Below, one piece after another: positions 45,801-55,089 of a DNA stretch of 61,892 nucleotides (positions are counted from its first letter, which is position 1; every line of letters begins with the position of its first letter). The translations under genes and the position numbers were made by a program. The stretch comes from a virus (taxonomy: Duplodnaviria; Caudoviricetes), in IMG/VR virus record IMGVR_UViG_3300037961_003161, positions 1 through 61,892 of that record; one strand, 5' to 3'. The notes under the pieces were generated by a model. It was not told the DNA's origin and did no database searches. It saw only the letters and a list, made by a program, of their open reading frames with translations.

Positions 45801-48800
45801 GAGTTTTACAGTCTGCTAAAAAAAGCTTGTTGCTAGCTTATAATAAAACAAAAAACATAACAGATAAGTCAGAGCGAGCTGTAGCTATACGTGAACTTAT
45901 ACGTAAAGAGTATTTTACTAAAGGTCTTACCAGTGATTTATTCAAGCCGTTAAAGAATTTTTTAGGAACAGCACAATACCTCAACAATTTAGTAGAATAT
46001 AAAGAGGCTTTTATTAACGCTATGTCTACAGCTGATCTTGTTCAAATGGAACGTAAAGTCGCTGAGCACGAAAGAGTGTTTACTATATTTGACAAAAAGC
46101 TTACTAAAATAGAAGAAGTACAAGACGCTGTAAATAGAGACTTACTGCCTCCTGATGCAATTAACGCTATAAAAAAAGGTCAAGCAGTAAACCTTTACAA
46201 AAAGCGTATGCCTACAGACTCTGAAATCGTAGCGTTTGCAAATCAACCCGCCATTAATCCTGTAACAGGTCAAAGATCTGGTTTAAAAGGTACTAGAAAA
46301 GATGGTTTTGCTAAAGCTATGGCTAACAGCTTGTTGCTTGATGCTGTTATGCAGGTTAGGCAAAGCGCTGAAGTTGTTGAAGCCTTACAAGACGATGCTG
46401 TTGCGCTAGGTGATGAAGCTACACTAGCAGGTAAAATAGGTAGAGAGGTTGATGTTAAGTTTAGTAGAGAGGCTAAAGAAATTGTTGAAGCTACTAAACC
46501 CATAACTAAAACTATGGGTGCTAATCAAATACGAAAAGCAGGTATTGCCATTGACGAAATAGTAAGAACTATAGAAAAAGAAGGCGTAGACAACTCTGTT
46601 GTAAGCATGTTTGAAGATATTAAGTCTTTAATACAACAAGGATTATCTGTTCAAGAAGTTGCTGAAATAGCTTGGAATCGTAACGGTTATTTATTTGAAG
46701 ATGCTTCTAAATATGGTGTTGAAGGCAGCTTATTAACAGGCGTTTTTGACAAAAAACACTTAGCTCAAATACTAGCTAATGCTAAATCAATAACTGAAGC
46801 TCAAATAAAACAAATAGGATTTATCGATTCTGTTAATTTCTTACAAAAACTAAAAAGCCCTAATGCTGTAATCGACTGGCTAAAAACATATAGTAAATCA
46901 CTTAGAACAGCTAAAGTTATATACAACGGACAAACTATTACTACTAACGAACAAGTTCACGACTTGTTAATAGCTCCTTTAGGTATAGAAGGCTTTAGCG
47001 TTAGAAAAACAGGAAGAGGTAACACTAAAATAGTTTACAACGGTAAAGATATAAATACTTACAAGAAGATAATTGAAATAAAACAAGATGCTAGAGGATC
47101 TTATAACACTATATCTCAAGAAGCTAAATCTGCCATAAAAGCAGTTGTTGATATTGTTAAGTCAGATAAAAGCAAAGAAATTAAAAAGTCTTTAATTAAA
47201 CTTATGGGCGTTGACCAGGTTGGCACATTAAGAAAAATGGCAAAGCCTGGTATAATGTTTTGGAATTTTAAAGGTGAAACAATATTAGATCACAGGCCTA
47301 CTATAAACGACATTACTAAAAAAATATACGAAACTATAAATAATCCTACAAGCCAAGCCGTGCAAGAGCTTGAGAGTTATTTAAACAATACTTACGTAAA
47401 TTTAATACCTAAATCTTTAGACACTGAAATTACAAAAGCAGGCTTTAAGAATAAAGGTGGTATGGAGATTATGTCTAATTTTACGCTTAAAAACTTAATA
47501 GCTGATGAAATTTATGACAACTTAAGTAACACAAGTGTTAATTTTACAAAAGAAAATAATAGTATACAAAAGTCTTTTCAGTTTGCAAGGTCTGCTAAAA
47601 AACCAACTAAAGGAATTAGTATTTTAGATTTTGATGATACGTTAGCTACAAGCAAGTCACTAGTAAAATTTACAAAGCCAGACGGTACAGAAGGTACTTT
47701 AACACCAGAGCAATACGCTGCAACTTATGAAGACTTAACAGACTTAGGTTATAAATTTGATTTCTCTGAGTTTAGCAAAGTTGTTGATGGTAAACCTGCG
47801 CCTTTGTTGAACAAAGCTAAAAAGTTAGCTGGTAAGTTTGGTACAGATAACATGTTTGTATTAACTGCTAGGCCTGCTGACTCAGCTCCTGCTATAAAAG
47901 CTTTTTTAGATCAAAACGGTTTGAATATACCTTTAAAAAATATAACTGGTTTAGGTAACTCAACAGCTGAAGCTAAAGCTTTGTGGGTTGCTGGTAAGGC
48001 TGCTGACGGTTATAATGACTTTTATTTTGCAGATGACGCGCTTAAAAATGTGCAAGCTGTAAAAAATATGCTAGATCAGTTTGACGTTAAATCAAAAGTT
48101 CAGCAAGCTAAAGTTAATTTTAGTAGAACAATGAACGACGAGTTTAATCAAATGCTTGAGCGTACTAAAGGCGTGCCGTTTGATGAGAGTTTTTCAAGAG
48201 CTAGAGCTTTAAAGCTTGGTAAAAATAAAGGTAAATTTCAAATATTTGTACCTCCTGCAGCTGATGATTTTGAAGGACTACTATATTACTTTGTAGGTAA
48301 AGGTGAGCAAGGAAATAAAGACTTAGAGTTTTTTAAGCAATCTGTAATAGATCCGTTTTCAAGAGCTTACACAGAGCTTGATCAGTCAAGGCAAACAATA
48401 ATAAATGATTGGGATAGATTAAGAAAAAATCATAAAGAAGTAACTAAAAAGCTAGGTGACATGATGCCTGCTAGTGAGTTTACTTTTGACAATGCTATTA
48501 GAGTTTATTTATACAATAAAGCTGGTCATACTGTGCCTGGTTTGTCAGAGCAAGAGGTTAGCAATATGGTTGAAAGAGTTGAGACAGATAAAGCGCTTTT
48601 AGCATTTGCAGAAAACTTACAGTCTATATTACAGCTAGATGATGTTTATGTAAAGCCAAACGAGTACTGGATAGCTGGATCTACCTCTGCTGACGTACAT
48701 GAGGTTTCAGAAAGAATACGTAGGGCTGAGTTTTTAGGCGAGTGGATTGAAAATAAAAACGAAATATTCAACGAGGCTAACTTAAATAAAATAGAGGCCA

Positions 48801-50230
48801 CTTATGGTAGTAAATTTAGATCTGCGCTTGAAGATGTGTTATACCGTATGGAAACTGGTAGAACAAGATCTGAGGGCAGTAAAGACGCTATAGCTAGTAA
48901 ATGGATGCGTTGGCTAAACAACTCTGTTGGAGCTATAATGTTTATTAACACTAAATCTGCTTTACTACAGACTATATCGATGGTAAACTACGTTAACTAC
49001 GTAGATAATAATCCTCTTCAAGCGGCTAGAGCTTTTGCTAATCAAAAACAATATTGGTCTGACTTTAGCATGATATTTAATTCTGACTTTTTAAAGCAAA
49101 GACGTAAAGGTTTAAAGACAGATGTACAGACCGCTGAGATAGCCTCCGCTGTCGCTAACGCTACTAATAAAGCACAAGCTGCTGTAGCATATCTACTTAA
49201 AAAAGGATTTTTACCAACACAAATGGCTGATAGCTTTGCTATCGCCGCGGGCGGTGCCACGTTCTATAGAAACAGAATAAAAACCTACTTAAACGAAGGA
49301 TTAAGTCAAAAAGAAGCAGAAGAAAAAGCATTTAATGATTTTAGAAACTCTACAGAAGAATCACAACAGTCTGCAAGACCAGATCGTATATCTCAACAGC
49401 AAGTTTCTAACGCTGGTCGTTTGCTTTTAAACTTCCAAAACTATCCAATGCAACAAGCTAGATTATTTAAAAAAGCTATTCTTGGATTATCTAGAGGCAC
49501 TGGTGATAAAAAACAACATTTATCTCGTATTGCTTTTTATGGGTTTGCTCAAAACATTATATTCTTAAGCTTACAAAACGCTTTATTTGCAATGCTTTTT
49601 GATAGTGATGATGAAGAGAAAAAGCAAGAGCTTCTTGATACTAAAACAAGTCGTATATTAAATGGTATGGTTGATACTATGCTAAGAGGTTCTGGTATCG
49701 CGGGAGGTGTTATTGCTACTGCTAAAAACACTATACTAAGAGCTATACAAGAGCTTGACAAGAAAGGTAGAGCTAATGAGGCGAACGTAATATTAGAAGC
49801 TACAAATCTATCGCCAGCTATAGGATCTAAACTTAGAAAAATAAACAAAGGTTTTAGAACTTATAAGTATAATAAAGACGCTATTAATGAAATGAGTAAG
49901 CTCAACATTAATAACCCACTATGGACAACTGCTGCGCCTGTAATAGAAGGCGTTACTAACGCTCCAACCGATAGAGCTATTAGACTAATAAATCAAGTTA
50001 GAGAAGGATTTAATACTGATAACACTGTTGCTCAAAGAATGTCTTTGTTGTTAGGATTTAGTCCTTACGAAATAGGCGTTGATCCAAACAAAGAAGTAAA
50101 AGAAGCTAAAAAAAGAGGTCAAGAAAAAGGTAAAGCAAAGAAAAAACAATGTAGAGCTTTTACTGCCTCAGGAAAACCTTGTTCAAACATGACAACTAAC
50201 GAGTCTGGCCTTTGTTATGCTCACGAGTAA
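42824..50230 (+). CDS. Giant multidomain internal virion (polyvalent) protein: zincin, sigma2-like, HAD, C-terminal Zn finger
   Basis: HEVAH; NFNPE..DSYFIWLN; ILDFDDT..LTAR..K..FADD; C-x9-C-x10-C-x2-H. Confidence 0.75.
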   Translation: MFELNGDVLTVEDIQAAADSLNMSYDDAFAKLTKQGLIQPTSTNNMDLDTDQQPKKTVKLWGGLVPIEVDEEKVDPDDLPAYKQIINAFTGAPERAFNKFENFRVALADPIQDMFGDEYATYYLKSTDLDKSIPWIANMMKFDFGDYTAADLVDPQTKERIKFNQKAYDEKGVDAPENKRFFELLKMHREGGFESVIALAPNETYEEATRTFSEELQFQKGIIDERVKNFKPIKDPNVTGFTDAMKKGELDDMVSTGLSFVTDMTIDVVAAIATRGISMAGTMFGMGWNMFNDEKSKALYGEDDPDRVKKLIENNEEELAIPATLSALGFALERIGMKQVVGAIMKRAATMSVPAVMLKSGSVEGGTEYMQGLIEEFNRQLGSQGNDKDVEKATEKTIEFATSDRALDNLFAGIIGGSGLAGGSATVQAAFRADETSNQFVNEQLKNLKYLQEAEFRATSRRKKKQFREAINQTTNDLVYFLKKNRDKTEYLSKEQSESLENLIGEKRKATKELKDLRKLFKKGIISKEAYDQAVLDKRQEVLDFDAKMQEIKNDANMKLVMQNLDGGGKLVKDIKNINQKVYKTEAEFFKAMLNEYLAMGKTVKDFEADTKGFSIPGIKIGNTMLINAEEAARTNKFGVGVHEVAHMALKAKIQTKDGTGNLSVDGERIVKQFIEDLSSKEKEYIEDQLESGKYKVNADGTAKQFKEYGEEYLAFYAQGAREGKFTKNAIQKAGNNIAQIFRTETEFESFNFENADQTRAFLNALVEDSKEGIYRQEFVEMAREGATIEDSSVKKSMTAKEKATVEKNINKLGKEGLLGENFVEQAEKLGKGMGKKLFEAEFDDIYKRIQNEGYLDKLIAAQYKAKTVPRNFVKKVYSELTSHAKNFNPEINDSYFIWLNSQIGNKATQVYNREYEVDQTTAGRARNIGETTQEGEIKVQVAADTDTALKALETEDLSIVGQTKKEAQETRSKVSKFRKQLGFETGGEFYNRVLQSAKKSLLLAYNKTKNITDKSERAVAIRELIRKEYFTKGLTSDLFKPLKNFLGTAQYLNNLVEYKEAFINAMSTADLVQMERKVAEHERVFTIFDKKLTKIEEVQDAVNRDLLPPDAINAIKKGQAVNLYKKRMPTDSEIVAFANQPAINPVTGQRSGLKGTRKDGFAKAMANSLLLDAVMQVRQSAEVVEALQDDAVALGDEATLAGKIGREVDVKFSREAKEIVEATKPITKTMGANQIRKAGIAIDEIVRTIEKEGVDNSVVSMFEDIKSLIQQGLSVQEVAEIAWNRNGYLFEDASKYGVEGSLLTGVFDKKHLAQILANAKSITEAQIKQIGFIDSVNFLQKLKSPNAVIDWLKTYSKSLRTAKVIYNGQTITTNEQVHDLLIAPLGIEGFSVRKTGRGNTKIVYNGKDINTYKKIIEIKQDARGSYNTISQEAKSAIKAVVDIVKSDKSKEIKKSLIKLMGVDQVGTLRKMAKPGIMFWNFKGETILDHRPTINDITKKIYETINNPTSQAVQELESYLNNTYVNLIPKSLDTEITKAGFKNKGGMEIMSNFTLKNLIADEIYDNLSNTSVNFTKENNSIQKSFQFARSAKKPTKGISILDFDDTLATSKSLVKFTKPDGTEGTLTPEQYAATYEDLTDLGYKFDFSEFSKVVDGKPAPLLNKAKKLAGKFGTDNMFVLTARPADSAPAIKAFLDQNGLNIPLKNITGLGNSTAEAKALWVAGKAADGYNDFYFADDALKNVQAVKNMLDQFDVKSKVQQAKVNFSRTMNDEFNQMLERTKGVPFDESFSRARALKLGKNKGKFQIFVPPAADDFEGLLYYFVGKGEQGNKDLEFFKQSVIDPFSRAYTELDQSRQTIINDWDRLRKNHKEVTKKLGDMMPASEFTFDNAIRVYLYNKAGHTVPGLSEQEVSNMVERVETDKALLAFAENLQSILQLDDVYVKPNEYWIAGSTSADVHEVSERIRRAEFLGEWIENKNEIFNEANLNKIEATYGSKFRSALEDVLYRMETGRTRSEGSKDAIASKWMRWLNNSVGAIMFINTKSALLQTISMVNYVNYVDNNPLQAARAFANQKQYWSDFSMIFNSDFLKQRRKGLKTDVQTAEIASAVANATNKAQAAVAYLLKKGFLPTQMADSFAIAAGGATFYRNRIKTYLNEGLSQKEAEEKAFNDFRNSTEESQQSARPDRISQQQVSNAGRLLLNFQNYPMQQARLFKKAILGLSRGTGDKKQHLSRIAFYGFAQNIIFLSLQNALFAMLFDSDDEEKKQELLDTKTSRILNGMVDTMLRGSGIAGGVIATAKNTILRAIQELDKKGRANEANVILEATNLSPAIGSKLRKINKGFRTYKYNKDAINEMSKLNINNPLWTTAAPVIEGVTNAPTDRAIRLINQVREGFNTDNTVAQRMSLLLGFSPYEIGVDPNKEVKEAKKRGQEKGKAKKKQCRAFTASGKPCSNMTTNESGLCYAHE

Positions 50231-50249
50231 ACGTGTAATATTTATTACT

Positions 50250-51293
50250 ATGAAATATATATTTTTAATATTAGTTTTTTTAACATCTTGTGTTGCACCT
50301 AAAAAATGTTGCTCACAGATTAAAAAAGCGTTTAAATTTTCAACTTTTTACGTTGCGGCAAACGGCGGTACATCTTTGTCTGACGAAGATATTTATTCTG
50401 TTGATGGTAGCAAGTTAGTATATGATACTATATTTACTCCTTATGATTATTCACTAACAATGGGTATACGTAAAATTAAAAGATTTAACTACGAAGGATC
50501 AACGCCGTTTAAAGATGGTACAGAAACATCGTTTTCAGACGCAGCTAACGTAGGGTTATCTCCTTTTGAGTTTTTGTTTGAAGTAGATTATAAAAGACAA
50601 GAGGGTGTAGAGTATTTTGATCAACAACACTTTCTAAGATATGTTAAGCCAGTATGGCTTGCTAAAGTAGAATATATTAAAGATGGTTTTGCAGACATTG
50701 AATATTTTGAAAGCACACAAAGACTGCGATTACTTGGTAACAAAAAGTTATCATTTAATCTAGGCGCGGTTCAAAGGCTTGCAGAGCCTTATGGTTACGA
50801 TCCGCTTGAAGAGTGGTCGTTTGAAAATAATAGAATACATTATACATGTTTAGCTATTGAAGAAGGATATAGCGTAGATGTGTATGAATCAGAATACAGA
50901 GATCCTGACGGAAACATTGTGGCTACTAGTTCAGAGATATGGAACGAAGTAGTAATGCCTAACATGTTAAAAAATTATGTAGAAAAGAAAAGAAACGAGC
51001 TTGACAATCAGTGGCAATACTCATTAGTTGTTGGCTTTGACTTTTACCATTATACCAAAGACTTTTGGCTTCACAGCTGGGGTAATTTAATGCCTTATCA
51101 CTATGATGACGGCGGACAATTCTCATACCATAACTTTAATGATGGCGAGCAATGGTACGACTACTCTGGTGGTCTTATATTTGGCTATAAGCTAAATAAA
51201 AACTTAGGTTGCTTTATTGAAGGTAAGTATAACAAATATTGGAATCGCGAGTGGTATGATTTCAAAGCAGGTATAAACTACATTATATTTTAA
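50250..51293 (+). CDS. Putative outer-membrane beta-barrel protein
   Basis: Signal/lipobox MKYIFLILVFLTSC; alternating aromatic strands; C-terminal GINYIIF beta-signal. Confidence 0.65.
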   Translation: MKYIFLILVFLTSCVAPKKCCSQIKKAFKFSTFYVAANGGTSLSDEDIYSVDGSKLVYDTIFTPYDYSLTMGIRKIKRFNYEGSTPFKDGTETSFSDAANVGLSPFEFLFEVDYKRQEGVEYFDQQHFLRYVKPVWLAKVEYIKDGFADIEYFESTQRLRLLGNKKLSFNLGAVQRLAEPYGYDPLEEWSFENNRIHYTCLAIEEGYSVDVYESEYRDPDGNIVATSSEIWNEVVMPNMLKNYVEKKRNELDNQWQYSLVVGFDFYHYTKDFWLHSWGNLMPYHYDDGGQFSYHNFNDGEQWYDYSGGLIFGYKLNKNLGCFIEGKYNKYWNREWYDFKAGINYIIF

Positions 51294-51294
51294 A

Positions 51295-51576
51295 ATGGCA
51301 ACTGAAATAGGTAAAGACACAAAAGTAAAATTAAGCTTAGAAACTATTATATCTCTAGGCGTTGTATTAGTAGCAGGCACTGGCATGTGGTTTTCTTTGC
51401 AAGCTGAAATTGCAGAAGCAAAAGAGCTACCAATAGCTCCAGATCCTGAAGTAACTCGTATGGAGTTTGATATGAAAGATCAAATGATACGTAATACTAT
51501 TATGACAACACAAGAAGACGTTAAAGAGTTAAAAGAAACTGTTAGGCGTATAGAAGATAAATTAGACAGACGATGA
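51295..51576 (+). CDS. Single-TM coiled-coil membrane protein
   Basis: IISLGVVLVAGTGMWFSL then coiled coil. Confidence 0.7.
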   Translation: MATEIGKDTKVKLSLETIISLGVVLVAGTGMWFSLQAEIAEAKELPIAPDPEVTRMEFDMKDQMIRNTIMTTQEDVKELKETVRRIEDKLDRR

Positions 51577-51920
51577 AAAAACTGTGTATAGCAAATTACT
51601 TGTACGTGCTAATTATGATATTAGTGTTTACAGTATCAACAGCTTTTGGCCAAGTAAAAGTAATACATTTTAACGCAGGTTGGAACGAAGCTAATGACGT
51701 TGAGTGGTTTGATAAATTATCAGACGCTGGTAAAAAAAGTTTAAGTATAGACGATACAGAAATACAAAAGAAATATGCTATTGCTATTGTACCTACTATC
51801 ATTGTGTTTGACGAAGGCGAAGAAGTAAAACGTTTTCAAGCAGACCTTAGTTTTAAAATGGTTGCTACTAGAGAAGAAATACAAGAGTATATTGACGAAT
51901 TAATTATAAGTAAATTTTAA
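51573..51920 (+). CDS. Exported thioredoxin-fold protein lacking CxxC
   Basis: Signal peptide; VIHFNAGWN; KY.I..VPTIIVF.EGEEVKRF. Confidence 0.75.
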   Translation: MKKLCIANYLYVLIMILVFTVSTAFGQVKVIHFNAGWNEANDVEWFDKLSDAGKKSLSIDDTEIQKKYAIAIVPTIIVFDEGEEVKRFQADLSFKMVATREEIQEYIDELIISKF

Positions 51921-53752
51921 TGAAAAAAATAGCTTACATATACATATTTTTATTTTTTGCAATGTTAATATCTTGCATTGCAAACGCTCAGTGTCCTAAT
52001 GGCACATACGTAGATATAATTATTAACCCTGATCAATATCCGCAAGAAACTTCTTGGGCTATTATTACAGATTTAGAAGATACTATTGCTTCTGGTGGAC
52101 CTTATGTTGATATAGTAGATTACGAACCACAGTTAACACAAGTGTGTATACCTAACGGTGATTACATATTTAATATAGCTGATCAATATGGAGATGGTAT
52201 TGCTGGTAGTTTGTGGGGTGGTCAAGACGGATCGTATTACGTAGTACACTGTGGTGACACTTTAGTGCAAGCAGATTCTGCTGACTTTGGATTTGCTGCT
52301 TTCCATGGCTTTACATTAGAAGATTGTGCGCCACCACCACCTGTGTTTGGGTGTATGGACGATAACTTTGTAGAGTTTTTGCCGCAAGCAACTGTAGATA
52401 CAGGTATGTGTTTTACAGAAAAAGTATTTGGCTGTACAGATGTAGAAGCATTTAACTACGACAGTGTAGCTAACACAGATATACTGGTCGATAGTTGTAC
52501 CCACACACTAAGACTTACAGATTTAGCTGGTAACGGTTGGGCTGGATCATACCTGCAAGTGTTTCAAGGTAATAACTTTTTAGGTGTATTTACGCTTGAA
52601 GATGGCTTTGACACAACATTTACTTTTGATTTAAGTATATCAGAACCTGTTGGCGTTAAATTTAATATAACACAGCAATCAGACTTTACAGCTGTACAAT
52701 GTGGTTACAGCTTATATTCTGAAGAAAACGTAGCTATAGAGATAGAAGGCGGTTTTGTAAATCCAATACCACCATTTGTTATTTTGTATGGCGAACCTGG
52801 CTGTGGTGATAATTGTATAGAAAAAACATACGGCTGTATAGATGAAGCAGCTTTAAATTATAATGATAGTGTTAACACAGACGACGGAAGTTGCTACTAT
52901 GTTGCTGGGTGTACGAATCCAAATTACATCGAGTATAATCAAGACGCTGACTTTGACGACGGTTCTTGTGAAACACTAATCGTTTTAGGCTGTATGGATT
53001 CTACGGCCTTTAATTATAATCCTGAAGCTAATGTAGAGCTTGAAGGATCTTGCATTGAAGTTGTACTAGGTTGCATGGACGACGATGCTTTTAACTATAA
53101 CCCTAATGCAAATGTAGAAGATGGTAGTTGTATACCTGTAGTGTTTGGCTGCATCGATCCCACAGCTTTTAACTATTGTGACACATGCAATACTGATAAT
53201 GGAAGCTGTATACCTACTATTAACGGCTGTACTGATACTACGGCAATAAACTATAACGCGCTTGCAAACACTGATAATGGCTCTTGTATTTATCCACTGC
53301 CTGGTTGTACTGATCCAACCGCTGTTAATTATAACGCGGAGGCAAACATCGCCGATAGCTCGTGTTATTACTCTGCTGGTTGTGCTAGTGGTGACATATA
53401 TTATACACCTAACGCTTGTTTTGAGTGGGTGATAGAAGTAGATCCATATTGCTGTGATGATCAATGGGATTACGCTTGCGACGACTTATACGTGTACTGT
53501 CAAGATGGTTGGACAGGGCCAGTGAGCGTTACAGAGAGAACAAACAATTTAATTATATATCCTAATCCAGCAAGTGATTATATATACATAAGTAAAAAAG
53601 TTGACCTTAAAGTGTTTAACATTGCAGGCAAGCTTATTATATCTGAAGATCAAACAAATGCGCTAGATGTATCTAAAATAAAAACTGGCGTGTACAATAT
53701 AATCATACAGCATAATAATAAAATAATAAATAAAAAAATTATAAAACAATAA
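51920..53752 (+). CDS. Cys-rich repeat protein with T9SS (Por) C-terminal sorting domain
   Basis: Signal peptide; nine GC(M/T/I)(D/N) repeats; IYPNPA...G.Y.I.I...KKIIKQ. Confidence 0.85.
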   Translation: MKKIAYIYIFLFFAMLISCIANAQCPNGTYVDIIINPDQYPQETSWAIITDLEDTIASGGPYVDIVDYEPQLTQVCIPNGDYIFNIADQYGDGIAGSLWGGQDGSYYVVHCGDTLVQADSADFGFAAFHGFTLEDCAPPPPVFGCMDDNFVEFLPQATVDTGMCFTEKVFGCTDVEAFNYDSVANTDILVDSCTHTLRLTDLAGNGWAGSYLQVFQGNNFLGVFTLEDGFDTTFTFDLSISEPVGVKFNITQQSDFTAVQCGYSLYSEENVAIEIEGGFVNPIPPFVILYGEPGCGDNCIEKTYGCIDEAALNYNDSVNTDDGSCYYVAGCTNPNYIEYNQDADFDDGSCETLIVLGCMDSTAFNYNPEANVELEGSCIEVVLGCMDDDAFNYNPNANVEDGSCIPVVFGCIDPTAFNYCDTCNTDNGSCIPTINGCTDTTAINYNALANTDNGSCIYPLPGCTDPTAVNYNAEANIADSSCYYSAGCASGDIYYTPNACFEWVIEVDPYCCDDQWDYACDDLYVYCQDGWTGPVSVTERTNNLIIYPNPASDYIYISKKVDLKVFNIAGKLIISEDQTNALDVSKIKTGVYNIIIQHNNKIINKKIIKQ

Positions 53753-53756
53753 AAAA

Positions 53757-54122
53757 ATGGCAACATTAACACCAACATTAACTTTATCAAGTACTAACGC
53801 TACTTCAGATGCTATATCTGTTTCTGTTACAGACTCATTAACTATTGGCGAGCCTACTACAGGGCTTTCAAGACAGTCGATAGCTACTGGATCTGCTCAA
53901 TCTGTATTAGCTAGTAACAGTGCTTTTTCTTATTTATTTATAAAAAACGCGTCGTCTTCTAATGCGGCTGCTTTTTTACAAATAAAACTTGGAGGTAGCG
54001 CGGTTATAAGATTAGATGTAGAAGAGTTTGCTTTTGTACCAATGTATAGTGGCTTAACCGTTGAAGCAGAAGCTTATACGGCAGCTTGTATACTTGAGTT
54101 TGCTCAGTTCTCTAAGGCATAA
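53757..54122 (+). CDS. Putative structural protein
   Basis: MATLT.TLTLSS, YLFIKN, beta-rich. Confidence 0.6.
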   Translation: MATLTPTLTLSSTNATSDAISVSVTDSLTIGEPTTGLSRQSIATGSAQSVLASNSAFSYLFIKNASSSNAAAFLQIKLGGSAVIRLDVEEFAFVPMYSGLTVEAEAYTAACILEFAQFSKA

Positions 54123-54589
54123 TGAAGTTAGAAGTATTAAGATTTAGCTCGCAAATAGACTCTACTTCTGGTCTTTTATTTGAAATAACTGACGTAGGAA
54201 GAAAGTTCTTATGCTACACTCTGGAAGATGAACGTAGAGTTTTAAAAGTAAAAGGCGAAACTAGAGTGCCAGCTGGAACTTATAAAATAGAGTTAAGAAA
54301 AGAAGGAGGTTTCCATGCGCGTTATGATAAAAAATATCCTGGTATACACCGTGGTATGTTACATATCATTGATGTTCCTAACTTTGAGTATATTCTTATT
54401 CATACTGGAAATACTGACGAACACACTGCTGGCTGCCTCATTGTTGGTGACGCGCAGGAAAATAATCTCTTACTGCCAGATGGCTTTGTTGGTAAAAGTG
54501 TTAACGCTTACAAAAGGATTTATCCGAGCATTGCGAAGGCTATAGCGCAAGGAGAAGAAGTAACAATAACATATATAGACTACGACTAA
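54122..54589 (+). CDS. DUF5675-like putative endolysin (L,D-transpeptidase-like His/Cys)
   Basis: CYTLED...GETRVPAGTY...ILIHTGNT..HTAGCLIVG. Confidence 0.75.
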   Translation: MKLEVLRFSSQIDSTSGLLFEITDVGRKFLCYTLEDERRVLKVKGETRVPAGTYKIELRKEGGFHARYDKKYPGIHRGMLHIIDVPNFEYILIHTGNTDEHTAGCLIVGDAQENNLLLPDGFVGKSVNAYKRIYPSIAKAIAQGEEVTITYIDYD

Positions 54590-55089
54590 TGGGTAATTTA
54601 ACATTAAATATAACAGAAAACATAGATGTTTCTACAGGTGGTTTTCAATACAACTACACCACTACTGGTAATGATTTTAATTTAACAATAGCTAACGTAG
54701 ATGCTTACAATGCTCAAACAGTAAATGTAACTACTGCGTTTACTCAAATAGCTAAATTTTCATCAGGCGCCACTCAAGCTATGGGCACTTATGATTCTGT
54801 TAAGTTTAAATATATGAGATTTAGAAATACTCATGCTAGCGCTACGTTAACTTTACAGCTTAGTGACTCGACAGCTAATAAGCAAGTAAATTATAAAATA
54901 GCGGCAGGTGAAGCTATGTATTTCACAAGTTTAGTTTTCGACTGTAACTCAGCTACTGACGCGCCTGCAGCCGAAGTAACTCAAGGAACTCAAAACGTAA
55001 CTGGGCTAGCGGCAACAGCTGATGAAGTTCAAATAAAGTCGTCATCTGGTACTGTTAGTGTAGATACACTAATAGCGTACGACTTATAA
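54589..55089 (+). CDS. Putative structural protein
   Basis: Beta-rich; KYMRFRN. Confidence 0.6.
   Translation: MGNLTLNITENIDVSTGGFQYNYTTTGNDFNLTIANVDAYNAQTVNVTTAFTQIAKFSSGATQAMGTYDSVKFKYMRFRNTHASATLTLQLSDSTANKQVNYKIAAGEAMYFTSLVFDCNSATDAPAAEVTQGTQNVTGLAATADEVQIKSSSGTVSVDTLIAYDL

Noticed and set aside
42824-50230. crAss-like virion RNA polymerase
   Set aside because: The acidic motif is DFDDT with downstream HAD motifs II-IV, not the RNAP DxDxD/DFDID catalytic loop
52800-53380. DNA repeat or DGR template/variable region
   Set aside because: Similarity is explained by protein-level GCxD repeats; no reverse transcriptase in the window
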